Assembly (NCBI RefSeq): GCF_001457615.1
Contig: NZ_LN831024.1
Span: forward strand, 1,080,001-1,112,000
DNA length: 32,000 nt
Direction: 5' to 3'
Source of the DNA: Pseudomonas aeruginosa
Lineage (GTDB): Bacteria > Pseudomonadota > Gammaproteobacteria > Pseudomonadales > Pseudomonadaceae
The position numbers and the translations under genes are program-made. Under the pieces are notes generated by a model. It had not been told where the DNA came from. It ran no database searches and saw nothing but the letters and a program-made list of their open reading frames with translations. How positions within the stretch are numbered: the first letter of the stretch is position 1; every line of letters begins with the position of its first letter. This document shows positions 14,369-22,283 of the stretch, one piece after another.

Positions 14369-16996
14369 GTGGCGCGCCCGCGTCTTTGCCGTCGACTGCG
14401 CGACGGACTGGACGGTCGCCTGCTGCTGATCGCCGCGCCCGCCGGATTCGGCAAGAGTTCCCTGGCCATCGAGTTCTGCGAAAGCCTCGATCCGCGCTGG
14501 CAGAGCCTCTGGCTGGGACTGAGCAGCCGCGAGAGCGATCCCGGACGTTTCCTCGAACGCCTGCTCGATGGCTTGCGACAGTACCACCCGACCCTGGGCG
14601 AAGAGGCCCTCGGCCTGCTGAAGATGCGCCAGCGCCACCAGCCGTTCGCCTTCGAGACCTGGTTCGACGACCTGCTCGACGAACTCGCCCCCTGCCTGGA
14701 CCCGCAGCGTCCCCTGCTACTGGTGCTGGACGATTACCACCTGGCCCAGGGCGCGGTGCTCGACCGTTGCCTGCAATTCCTCCTCAATCACCTGCCCGAG
14801 GGCCTGGTGCTGCTGGTCACCAGCCGGCAGCGGCCGGACTGGCACCTGGCGCGCCTGCGCCTGTCGCGGCAATTGCTCGAACTCAGCGAACAGGACCTGC
14901 GCCTGACCGCCGAGGAGAGCGGGGCGCTGATGGCCGCCAGCGGCCTCGAACTCGACGAGGACGCGCTGGACGCGCTGCTCGAGCGCAGCGAAGGCTGGGT
15001 CGCCGGGCTGCGCCTCTGGCTGCTGGCGCGCGGCGATCCAGAGGAGCAGGTCAGCCCCGGGGTACACGGCGCCGACGAACTGATCCGCGACTACCTGCTG
15101 GAGGAGGTGATCGAGCGGCAGCCGCCCGAGGTCCAGGCGTTCCTCGCCCAGACCGCGCGCTTCGAGCGCTTCTGCGCCGAGCTCTGCGATACCGTGCGCG
15201 AGGCCGGCGACAGCGCGGCGATCCTCGACCACCTGCAGCAGCACCAGGTCTTCCTCGTGCCGCTGGACGAAAACGGCCAGTGGTTCCGCTACCACCACCT
15301 GTTCTCCGACCTGCTGCTGGCGCGTCCCTTGCCCGACTTCGGTCCGTCCGCCGGCTCCCTGCACCTGCGCGCCTGCGGCTGGTTCAGCCGCCATGGCCTG
15401 CTCGACCAGGCGGTGGAGCAGGCGCTGCGCGCCGGCCAGCCGGACGTGGCGGCGAGCCTGGTGCAGAACCTGTCGGAAGAGCAACTGCTGGCGGAGCAGA
15501 ACATCGCCACCCTGCTGCGCTGGAAGATGGACCTGCCGGACAGCCTCCTGGCGAGCACGCCGCGCCTGATCCTGCTGTACGGCTGGGCGCTGGCGCTGGC
15601 CTGCCAGTTGGATGCCGCGGAAGAACTGGCCGGCCAACTGGCGCGTTTCCTGCCGGCGCCGGACGAGTCCGCGCAGCGCGACCTGCTGGCCCAGTGGCAG
15701 GCCCTGAGCGGGGTGATCGCGCGCGGCCGCGGCGATATCGACAAGGCCGAGGCGCACTGCCGCGAGGCCTTGCAGGACCTCGCCGGGGAGCGCTATGGCA
15801 CCCGCCTGCAATGCCTGTCGACGCTGAGCAACCTGGCGGTGACCCGTGGCGACTTCTGGCAGGCGCGCAACTACAACCGCGACGCCCTGGAGTTCGCCCA
15901 GCGCTACGGCAACCCGCTGTTCGAGGCACTGGTCCATTACGACCGCGCCCGCGTCCTCCAGGCGCGCGGCGAGGTGGCGCGCGCCGAGGAGGAGGTGCGC
16001 CAGGGCCTGGAACGCCTCCAGCACCTGCCGGCGCAACGCCGCTACGCGGTGCGCGGGCGGCTCCTGCTGTACCGCGGCTACCTGCGCAGCCTGGCGCTGC
16101 AGCCGGACGAAGCGCGCAAGTGGATCAAGCAGGGAATCGAGGAAACCCGCAGCTGCCGGGATGTCAGCCTGGTGATCGGCTATTGCGTCCTGGCCAGCCT
16201 GGAAGGGCGCCTGGGCAACTACGCGGCGGCGTTCGCCCGGCTTGGCGACGTCGAGCGGTTGATGCATGCCTGGGATATCCCGCCGATCTACTACCTGGCG
16301 GCGATCACCCTGATCAAGTGCGAACTCTGGCTGGCCCAGGGCCAGACCGAACTGGCCGGCGTCTGGCTACAGCGCCTGGGCGGCACCTACGGCGGGCAGG
16401 CGGCCACGCCGCCGGAATGCAGTCCGCTGCTGCCGCTGCATGTGGAGTTGCTCCAGGCCGGCCTGGAGCGCCGCGAAGGACGCCCGGAGGAAGCCGCCCG
16501 GCGCCTGGACCGGCTGGCCCGCTCGACGCGGGAGAACGGCGCGTTGCTGCCGGCTCGCCTGGCCCTCGGCCAACTGGCCGCGCTGCACCTGGAGCAGGGC
16601 CGCGAGCGCGAGGCGCTGGCGACCCTGCAACAGGCCATGGAGGGCGCAGTCGGGGGAGCCTTGCTGCCGCTCCACGAATTGCTCGTGCAGCAGCCGGAAT
16701 GGTTGCGCGAACAGTTGCAGCGCTTCCCTGCCTGTCCCGGCGCCCAGCGCATGCGCGCGCTGTTGCCGGAGCCGCCCGCCGAGCCCGCGGGCAGTGCGGG
16801 CGAGGTGCTCAGCGGGCGCGAACTGGCGGTGCTGGAGCTGATCGCCCAGGGGTTGTCCAACCAGGAGATCAGCGAGCGGCTGTTCATCTCGCTGCATACG
16901 GTGAAGAGCCACGCCCGCCATATCAACGACAAGCTCGGCGTCGAGCGTCGCACCCAGGCGGTGGCGCGGGCCAAGCACATGGGGTTGTTGCGCTAG
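14369..16996 (+). CDS. MalT/LuxR-type large ATP-binding (LAL/STAND) transcriptional regulator
   Basis: 875 aa from the GTG at 14369. Walker A is LLLIAAPAGFGKSSL and Walker B is LLLVLDDYH. A long TPR-like helical middle region follows. The C-terminal LuxR HTH is LSGRELAVLELIAQGLSNQEISERLFISLHTVKSHARHINDKLGV. The 5' end is problematic: the expected N-terminal motif lies upstream in another frame (see findings). Confidence 0.85.
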   Translation: MARPRLCRRLRDGLDGRLLLIAAPAGFGKSSLAIEFCESLDPRWQSLWLGLSSRESDPGRFLERLLDGLRQYHPTLGEEALGLLKMRQRHQPFAFETWFDDLLDELAPCLDPQRPLLLVLDDYHLAQGAVLDRCLQFLLNHLPEGLVLLVTSRQRPDWHLARLRLSRQLLELSEQDLRLTAEESGALMAASGLELDEDALDALLERSEGWVAGLRLWLLARGDPEEQVSPGVHGADELIRDYLLEEVIERQPPEVQAFLAQTARFERFCAELCDTVREAGDSAAILDHLQQHQVFLVPLDENGQWFRYHHLFSDLLLARPLPDFGPSAGSLHLRACGWFSRHGLLDQAVEQALRAGQPDVAASLVQNLSEEQLLAEQNIATLLRWKMDLPDSLLASTPRLILLYGWALALACQLDAAEELAGQLARFLPAPDESAQRDLLAQWQALSGVIARGRGDIDKAEAHCREALQDLAGERYGTRLQCLSTLSNLAVTRGDFWQARNYNRDALEFAQRYGNPLFEALVHYDRARVLQARGEVARAEEEVRQGLERLQHLPAQRRYAVRGRLLLYRGYLRSLALQPDEARKWIKQGIEETRSCRDVSLVIGYCVLASLEGRLGNYAAAFARLGDVERLMHAWDIPPIYYLAAITLIKCELWLAQGQTELAGVWLQRLGGTYGGQAATPPECSPLLPLHVELLQAGLERREGRPEEAARRLDRLARSTRENGALLPARLALGQLAALHLEQGREREALATLQQAMEGAVGGALLPLHELLVQQPEWLREQLQRFPACPGAQRMRALLPEPPAEPAGSAGEVLSGRELAVLELIAQGLSNQEISERLFISLHTVKSHARHINDKLGVERRTQAVARAKHMGLLR

Positions 16997-17027
16997 GCGC
17001 GCCACCCCATATGCCTGGCGTGCTGGC

Positions 17028-19406
17028 TCAGGGCTTCCAGCGTCGCAGGAGCAGGGCGTTGCCGACCACGCTGACGCTGGAGAAGGCCATCGCCGCGCCC
17101 GCCACCATCGGGTTGAGCAGGCCGAAGGCCGCCAGCGGGATGCCGATCACGTTGTAGATGAAGGCCCAGAACAGGTTCTGGCGGATCTTCGCGTAGGTCC
17201 GCCGCGAGATGTCCAGCGCCGCCGGCACCAGGCGCGGGTCGCCGCGCATCAGGGTGATGCCGGCGGCGTGCATGGCCACGTCGGTGCCGCCACCCATGGC
17301 GATGCCGACGTCGGCAGCGGCCAGCGCCGGGGCGTCGTTGATGCCGTCGCCGACCATCGCCACCACCCGGCCCCGGCCTTTCAGCTCGGCGACCGTGGCG
17401 GCCTTGTCCGCCGGCAGCACTTCCGCGTGTACGTCGTCGATGCCCAGGGCCTTGGCCACCACCGCCGCGCTGCCGCGGTTGTCGCCGGTGATCAGGTGGC
17501 TGTGGATATCCCGTCCGCGCAGGGCCTCCACCGCTTCGGCGGCGCCGTCCTTGAGGCTGTCGCCGAAGGCGAACAGGCCGAGCACGCGTTTCTCCGGAGC
17601 CAGTTCCAGCAGCCAGGACAGGGTGCGGCCCTCGGCCTCCCAGTCCGCGGCGGCACTCGCCAGCGCGCCGGGCTTGAGTTCCTGCTCGTCGAGCAGGCGG
17701 CGGTTGCCCAAGGCCAGCCGCCGACCCTCGACCTCGCCCTGGATGCCGCGACCGCTGAGGGCCTGGCTGGCGTTCACCGGCGGAACCTCCAGGTCGCGCT
17801 CGGCGCAGCGCTCGAGCACGGCCTTGGCCAGCGGGTGCTCGCTGCCGCGTTGCAGAGCGCCGGCGAGCCTGAGCAGTTGCTCCTGGTCGTCGCCGCCGAG
17901 GTGGATGATCTGCGGTCGCCCGGAGGTCAGGGTGCCGGTCTTGTCGAAGGCCACGCTGGTGACCGCATGGGCGACTTCCAGGGACTCTGCGTCCTTGATC
18001 AGGATGCCGTGGCGCGCGGCCACGCCGGTGCCGGCCATGATCGCGGTCGGGGTGGCCAGGCCGAGGGCGCAGGGGCAGGCGATCACCAGCACCGCCACGG
18101 CGTTAACCAGGGCCTGCTCCAGGCCGACCCCGGCGACCAGCCAGGCGCCGAGGGTGACCAGCGCGATGAGGATCACCACCGGGACGAAGACCTGGCTGAC
18201 CTTGTCCACCAGCTTCTGGATCGGCGCCTTGGCGGCCTGGGCGTCTTCCACCAGGCGGATGATCTTCGCCAGCACCGTTTCCCCGCCGAGCGCAGTGGTG
18301 CGCAGGAGCAGGCGGCCTTCGCCGTTGATCGCGCCGCCGGTGACCTTGTCGCCGGGAGCCTTGGGCACCGGCAGGCTCTCGCCGGTGATCAGCGCCTCGT
18401 CGGCGTGGCTGCTGCCGTCGAGCACCTCGCCGTCCACCGGGAAGCGTTCGCCGGGACGCACCACCACCTCGTCGCCGAGGCGCAACTCGGCGATCGCCAC
18501 CTCTTCCTCGCGACCGTCGCGCAGGCGCACCGCGCGCTCCGGGCGCAACGCCTCGAGGGCGCGGATGGCGCTGGCGGTCTGGCGCTTGGCGCGGCTTTCC
18601 AGGTACTTGCCGAGGAGGATCAGGGCGATCACCACGGTGGAGGCTTCGAAGTAGAGGTGCGGCATGTGGCCGGGCGGGGCGGTCAGCCAGAGGTAGACGC
18701 TGAGGCCGTAGCCGGCGCTGGTGCCGAGGGCGACCAGCAGGTCCATGTTGCCGGCGCCGGCCTTCACCGCGCGCCAGGCGGAGACATAGAAGCGCGCGCC
18801 GATGACGAACTGCACCGGGGTCGCCAGGAGGAACTGTGCCCACGGCGGCAGCATCCAGTGCAGGCCGGCCCATTCCACCAGCATCGGCAGCACCAGCGGC
18901 AACGCCAGCACCAGCGCGGCGATAACCCACCAGCGTTCGCGGCGCAGGCGGCGCTCGGCATCGTCCTGGCGTGGTTGCCCCGCGTCGAGCAGGCGGGCCT
19001 TGTAGCCGGCCTGTTCCACCGCCTGCAGCAAGGCCTGGCTGTCCACTGCGCCGAGCAACTCGAGGTGGGCGCGCTCGCTGGCCAGGTTGACGCTGACCTC
19101 GCGTACGCCGGGCACCTTCTTCAGCGCCCGCTCGACCCGGCCGACGCAACTGGCGCAGGTCATGCCCTCGATGGACAGTTCCAGGCTGCGCGCCGGAACC
19201 TGGTAGCCGGCCTGCTCGACCGCCGCCACCAGGGCCGGCAGGCTGTCCGCCGGGGCCTGTACGCGGGCCTGCTCGCTGGCCAGGTTGACCGAGGCGGCCG
19301 CGACCCCGGGCACTTTCTTCAGGGCTCGTTCGACACGGCCGGCGCAGGACGCGCAAGTCATGCCGCTGACCGGCAGATCGAGCTCGGTTAGCGTGGCGCT
19401 GTTCAT
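17028..19406 (-). CDS. copA: Cu(I)-exporting P1B-type ATPase
   Basis: 792 aa. It has two N-terminal HMA domains, each with GMTCASC. It also has TM CPC ([12 protein letters not shown]), the phosphorylation site [14 protein letters not shown] and the hinge [19 protein letters not shown] lies 4 nt upstream of the ATG. Confidence 0.94.
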   Translation of the reverse strand: MNSATLTELDLPVSGMTCASCAGRVERALKKVPGVAAASVNLASEQARVQAPADSLPALVAAVEQAGYQVPARSLELSIEGMTCASCVGRVERALKKVPGVREVSVNLASERAHLELLGAVDSQALLQAVEQAGYKARLLDAGQPRQDDAERRLRRERWWVIAALVLALPLVLPMLVEWAGLHWMLPPWAQFLLATPVQFVIGARFYVSAWRAVKAGAGNMDLLVALGTSAGYGLSVYLWLTAPPGHMPHLYFEASTVVIALILLGKYLESRAKRQTASAIRALEALRPERAVRLRDGREEEVAIAELRLGDEVVVRPGERFPVDGEVLDGSSHADEALITGESLPVPKAPGDKVTGGAINGEGRLLLRTTALGGETVLAKIIRLVEDAQAAKAPIQKLVDKVSQVFVPVVILIALVTLGAWLVAGVGLEQALVNAVAVLVIACPCALGLATPTAIMAGTGVAARHGILIKDAESLEVAHAVTSVAFDKTGTLTSGRPQIIHLGGDDQEQLLRLAGALQRGSEHPLAKAVLERCAERDLEVPPVNASQALSGRGIQGEVEGRRLALGNRRLLDEQELKPGALASAAADWEAEGRTLSWLLELAPEKRVLGLFAFGDSLKDGAAEAVEALRGRDIHSHLITGDNRGSAAVVAKALGIDDVHAEVLPADKAATVAELKGRGRVVAMVGDGINDAPALAAADVGIAMGGGTDVAMHAAGITLMRGDPRLVPAALDISRRTYAKIRQNLFWAFIYNVIGIPLAAFGLLNPMVAGAAMAFSSVSVVGNALLLRRWKP

Positions 19407-19475
19407 GAGTCCTCCTTGGAATGGACAGAAGTGGCACCGCAGGCGCCCTGGGAGGCGCCGGTGAGATCTGTCGCC

Positions 19476-19506
19476 AGGTTCAGCCTTGACATCGTGTCAA
19501 GGTCAA
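19476..19506 (-). promoter_or_regulatory. MerR/CueR-type promoter and operator of copA
   Basis: The minus strand reads TTGACC-TTGACACGATGTCAAGGCT-GAACCT. That is a -35 TTGACC (rc of 19501-19506), a 19-bp spacer containing the perfect inverted repeat CCTTGACA-n3-TGTCAAGG (19484-19502), and a -10 GAACCT (rc of 19476-19481). This is the same architecture as E. coli PcopA (TTGACC, 19 bp, TAACCT). Confidence 0.7.
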
Positions 19507-19908
19507 GCCCCGGATTCATACAGGAAGGCGGCGCAGGGCGCAGTGGCGGCTTTATGTCGCAGGGGCAGGGGCAGGGGGAATGGCGCTGGAAAACCGTTGC
19601 GGCACGGAAAAGCGGAGGGTTTTCACAGGGGTGGGACCGATAACACTAGACCTCGCGAAGGGCTGCGCCAAGGTATTTCGTCGCTTGCGGAAAAAAAACC
19701 TGCTGATGACGAAAAGTACTTTTTACCGTCATATTTTTTGCGGTATTTGTGGAACCGTAGACCGCCGAACCCTGCAGCACAGGTGGCGGCCCCGGCCCTC
19801 ACCTCTGCTGTCAGGCTCTCCCCACCGGAAGAGAGAAGGCGGCTCGCCCCCCGGCGGAGCGCCGACCCGGCATTCCGTCGCCAGGCCCTTAGCAGAAGGT
19901 GATCGCGT

Positions 19909-21300
19909 ATGGATGACCACGGACGTTCCCGCCCCACCCAGCCCACCCTGTACGTCCTCGATACCAATGTCCTGATCCACGATCCGAATGCCCTGTTGAA
20001 CTTCCAGGAACACCGCGTCGCGATCCCGATGACGGTGCTCGAAGAGCTGGACAAGCTGAAGACCGGAAAGCACACCATCGCCGCCGAGTGCCGCCAGGCC
20101 ATCCGCCTGATCGACCAGGTACTCGGCGAGGCCACGCCCGAGCAGGTAGAGGGAGGGGTACCGATCCAGCGTGGCAAGAACGGCCCCAGCGGCAGCCTGT
20201 CGATCCTCATGAGCAAGCGTGCCGAGCCCATCACCTGGCTGCCGGAGCACCTCAACGACAACAAGATCATCAACCAGTTGGTCGAGCTGAAGAGCCGCCA
20301 CAGCGGCGTGCGCGTGGTGCTGGTGACCAAGGACATCAACATGCGCCTGAAGGCGCGCGCCTGCGGGGTGGACGCGGAGGACTACCACACCGACCAGTTG
20401 ATCGACGACGTGGCCCTGCTGTCGCGCGGCTACCATTCCCTCGCCGGCTCTTTCTGGGACCGCGTGAGCAAGGTCGAGACCCGCCAGGACCACGGCCGTA
20501 CCTGGCATCGCGTGCAGCTCACCGACAACCTGCCGGCGGTGCACATCAACGAGTTCATCGTCGACGAACAGGGCTTCGTCGGCTGGATCAAGGGCATCCA
20601 GCAGGACGAGCTGACCATCCTCGACCTGCACCAGGAGCCGCTCCTGCACCAGGAAGCCTGGGGCCTGCGGCCACGCGACGTGTACCAGTCGCTGGCGCTG
20701 TACGCGCTGCTCGACCCGGACATCCACCTGGTCAACCTGTCCGGTGCCGCCGGTTCCGGCAAGACCATCCTGGCGCTCGCCGCGGCCATCGAGCAGACCA
20801 TGGTCAGCAAGCGCTACCGGCGCATCATCGCCACCCGCAGCGTGCAGGGCCTGGACGAGGACATCGGCTTCCTGCCCGGCACCGAGGCGGAAAAGATGGA
20901 GCCCTGGCTCGGCGCCATCACCGACAACCTCGAAGCGCTGCACATGGACGACGAATGCACCCATGGCAGCGTCGACTACATCCTCAGCAAGGTGCCGTTG
21001 CAGTTCAAGTCGCTGAACTACATCCGCGGGCGCAGCTTCCAGCAGAGCCTGATCCTCATCGACGAATGCCAGAACCTCACGCCGCACCAGATGAAGACCA
21101 TCATCACCCGCGCCGGCAGCGGTTCGAAGGTGATCTGCCTGGGCAACCTGGCGCAGATCGACACGCCCTACCTGTCCGCCACCAGCTCCGGCCTGACCTA
21201 CCTCACCGAACGCTTCAAGGACTTCCCCCACGGCGTGCACGTGACCCTGCAAGGGGTGCCGCGCTCGGTGCTGGCGGAGTACGCCGAGGCGCACATGTGA
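19909..21300 (+). CDS. PIN-domain / PhoH-like ATPase fusion protein (PhoH2/YlaK family; predicted RNase plus RNA helicase-like NTPase)
   Basis: 463 aa. The N-terminal PIN domain is TLYVLDTNVLIHDPNALLNF..IPMTVLEELDKLK..NDNKIINQ..LVTKDINMRLKA. The C-terminal PhoH domain has Walker A NLSGAAGSGKT and Walker B LILIDECQNL. GGTGA RBS. Confidence 0.88.
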   Translation: MDDHGRSRPTQPTLYVLDTNVLIHDPNALLNFQEHRVAIPMTVLEELDKLKTGKHTIAAECRQAIRLIDQVLGEATPEQVEGGVPIQRGKNGPSGSLSILMSKRAEPITWLPEHLNDNKIINQLVELKSRHSGVRVVLVTKDINMRLKARACGVDAEDYHTDQLIDDVALLSRGYHSLAGSFWDRVSKVETRQDHGRTWHRVQLTDNLPAVHINEFIVDEQGFVGWIKGIQQDELTILDLHQEPLLHQEAWGLRPRDVYQSLALYALLDPDIHLVNLSGAAGSGKTILALAAAIEQTMVSKRYRRIIATRSVQGLDEDIGFLPGTEAEKMEPWLGAITDNLEALHMDDECTHGSVDYILSKVPLQFKSLNYIRGRSFQQSLILIDECQNLTPHQMKTIITRAGSGSKVICLGNLAQIDTPYLSATSSGLTYLTERFKDFPHGVHVTLQGVPRSVLAEYAEAHM

Positions 21301-21304
21301 AGTA

Positions 21305-21393
21305 GCCGGCGGCAATCGCCGGCCGATATCCCGCCCGGTTGAAAAAGCCGGGCGGGATATACATCCTGCCAGGCCCGGTCCGGGGACCGGGCC
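21305..21393 (+). terminator. Array of three perfect GC-rich hairpins after the PIN-PhoH gene
   Basis: The three hairpins are GCCGGCG-gcaat-CGCCGGC (21305-21323), ATATCCCGCCCGG-ttgaaaaag-CCGGGCGGGATAT (21326-21360, 13 bp) and GGCCCGGTC-cggg-GACCGGGCC (21372-21393). None has a classic U-tract. Confidence 0.55.
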
Positions 21394-21548
21394 CGCATCG
21401 TTACCCGATCGGGATGAGGCGCCTTGCGCCGGCCTGCCCTACCTCTTTATGTATACAATCATCCCCCTTCCGAACCTCCCCCAGGCATCGCGTCATGCCT
21501 TCCAGGGCTTACAATGACTGGCCAGTATCCTCTTCCAGGAGCACCCAC

Positions 21549-22031
21549 GTGCTGACCCATCTCGATTCCCAGGGCCGCGCCAACATGGTCGACGTCACGG
21601 AAAAGGCCGTGACCTCCCGTGAAGCCACGGCCGAGGCCGTGGTGCGCATGCGCCCGGAAACCCTGCAACTGATCCAGGACGGCGGCCATCCCAAGGGCGA
21701 CGTCTTCGCCGTGGCGCGGATCGCCGGCATCCAGGCGGCCAAGCGCACCCACGAACTGATCCCGCTGTGCCATCCGTTGTTGCTCACCAGCGTCAAGCTC
21801 GAACTGCAGGCCGAGGCGCCGGACGCCGTGCGCATCCGCGCGCGTTGCCGGCTGGCCGGGCAGACCGGCGTGGAGATGGAGGCGCTCACCGCCGCCAGCG
21901 TCGCGGCCCTGACCATCTACGACATGTGCAAGGCGGTGGACCGCGGGATGGTCATCGAGCAGGTCCAGTTGCTGGAGAAGCTCGGCGGCAAGAGCGGCCA
22001 CTACCGCAAAGAGGAGGAAGGGCAGGCATGA
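21549..22031 (+). CDS. moaC: Cyclic pyranopterin monophosphate synthase accessory protein MoaC
   Basis: I call the start at GTG 21549, with AGGAG 7 nt upstream. The track ORF from 21339 is over-extended. The product is 160 aa: [57 protein letters not shown], a canonical MoaC. Confidence 0.93.
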   Translation: MLTHLDSQGRANMVDVTEKAVTSREATAEAVVRMRPETLQLIQDGGHPKGDVFAVARIAGIQAAKRTHELIPLCHPLLLTSVKLELQAEAPDAVRIRARCRLAGQTGVEMEALTAASVAALTIYDMCKAVDRGMVIEQVQLLEKLGGKSGHYRKEEEGQA

Positions 22032-22279
22032 TCCGCGTGCAGTATTTCGCCCGTTACCGCGAAGCCCTAGGCATCGACGGCGAGCAGTTGAACTGGGACG
22101 CCGGGCTGGCGACCCTCGGCGCCTTGCGCCAGCTCCTGGTGGAGCGCGGCGGGGCCTGGGAGCGTACCCTCGGCGAGCAGAACCTGATGTGTGCGCGCAA
22201 TCAGGAACTGTGCGGCCTCGACGAGCCGTTGCAGGACGGCGACGAAGTCGCCTTCTTCCCCACCGTCACCGGAGGTTGA
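22028..22279 (+). CDS. moaD: Molybdopterin synthase sulfur-carrier subunit MoaD
   Basis: The ATG at 22028 overlaps the moaC stop (ATGA). The product is 83 aa, [27 protein letters not shown], with the diagnostic C-terminal Gly-Gly. Confidence 0.9.
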   Translation: MIRVQYFARYREALGIDGEQLNWDAGLATLGALRQLLVERGGAWERTLGEQNLMCARNQELCGLDEPLQDGDEVAFFPTVTGG

Positions 22280-22283
22280 ACCC

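Noticed and set aside
19484-19502. Reading the copA dyad TTGACatcgtGTCAA as an Anr/FNR box.
   Set aside because: The half-sites are separated by 5 nt rather than 4. The dyad lies exactly within a 19-bp -35/-10 spacer upstream of a copper pump, which is MerR/CueR architecture.
19559-19585. G-quadruplex potential of GCAGGGGCAGGGGCAGGGGG.
   Set aside because: There are only three G-runs of 3 or more in close proximity, and a fourth run is not available within a normal loop distance. I report it only as a hexamer repeat.
19486-19902. 138-aa ORF ending 7 nt before the PIN-PhoH start, considered as a PhoAT-like antitoxin or partner gene.
   Set aside because: The translation is an Arg-, Gly- and Pro-rich junk-like sequence. 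The ORF spans the copA CueR promoter and the AT-rich palindrome island, and it has no RBS. It is most likely non-coding.
21400-21548. Possible Moco (molybdenum cofactor) riboswitch in the moaC leader.
   Set aside because: This is the expected context for one. However, I could not find the conserved features I associate with the motif, such as a GGAAAGG-type internal loop and a multi-stem architecture of about 130 nt. The likely leader downstream of the TACAAT -10 is only about 80 nt. An Infernal scan with RF01055 is needed to settle it.
21339-21548. Long upstream extensions of moaC (track start 21339), moeA (23238), ubiU (24684), ubiV (25649), the DUF1302 gene (10270) and moaD/moaE (21767 / 22191).
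   Set aside because: The extensions run through terminator hairpins or through the preceding gene. They lack an RBS and encode junk-like sequence. Internal starts with Shine-Dalgarno sites or start/stop overlaps give proteins of canonical length.
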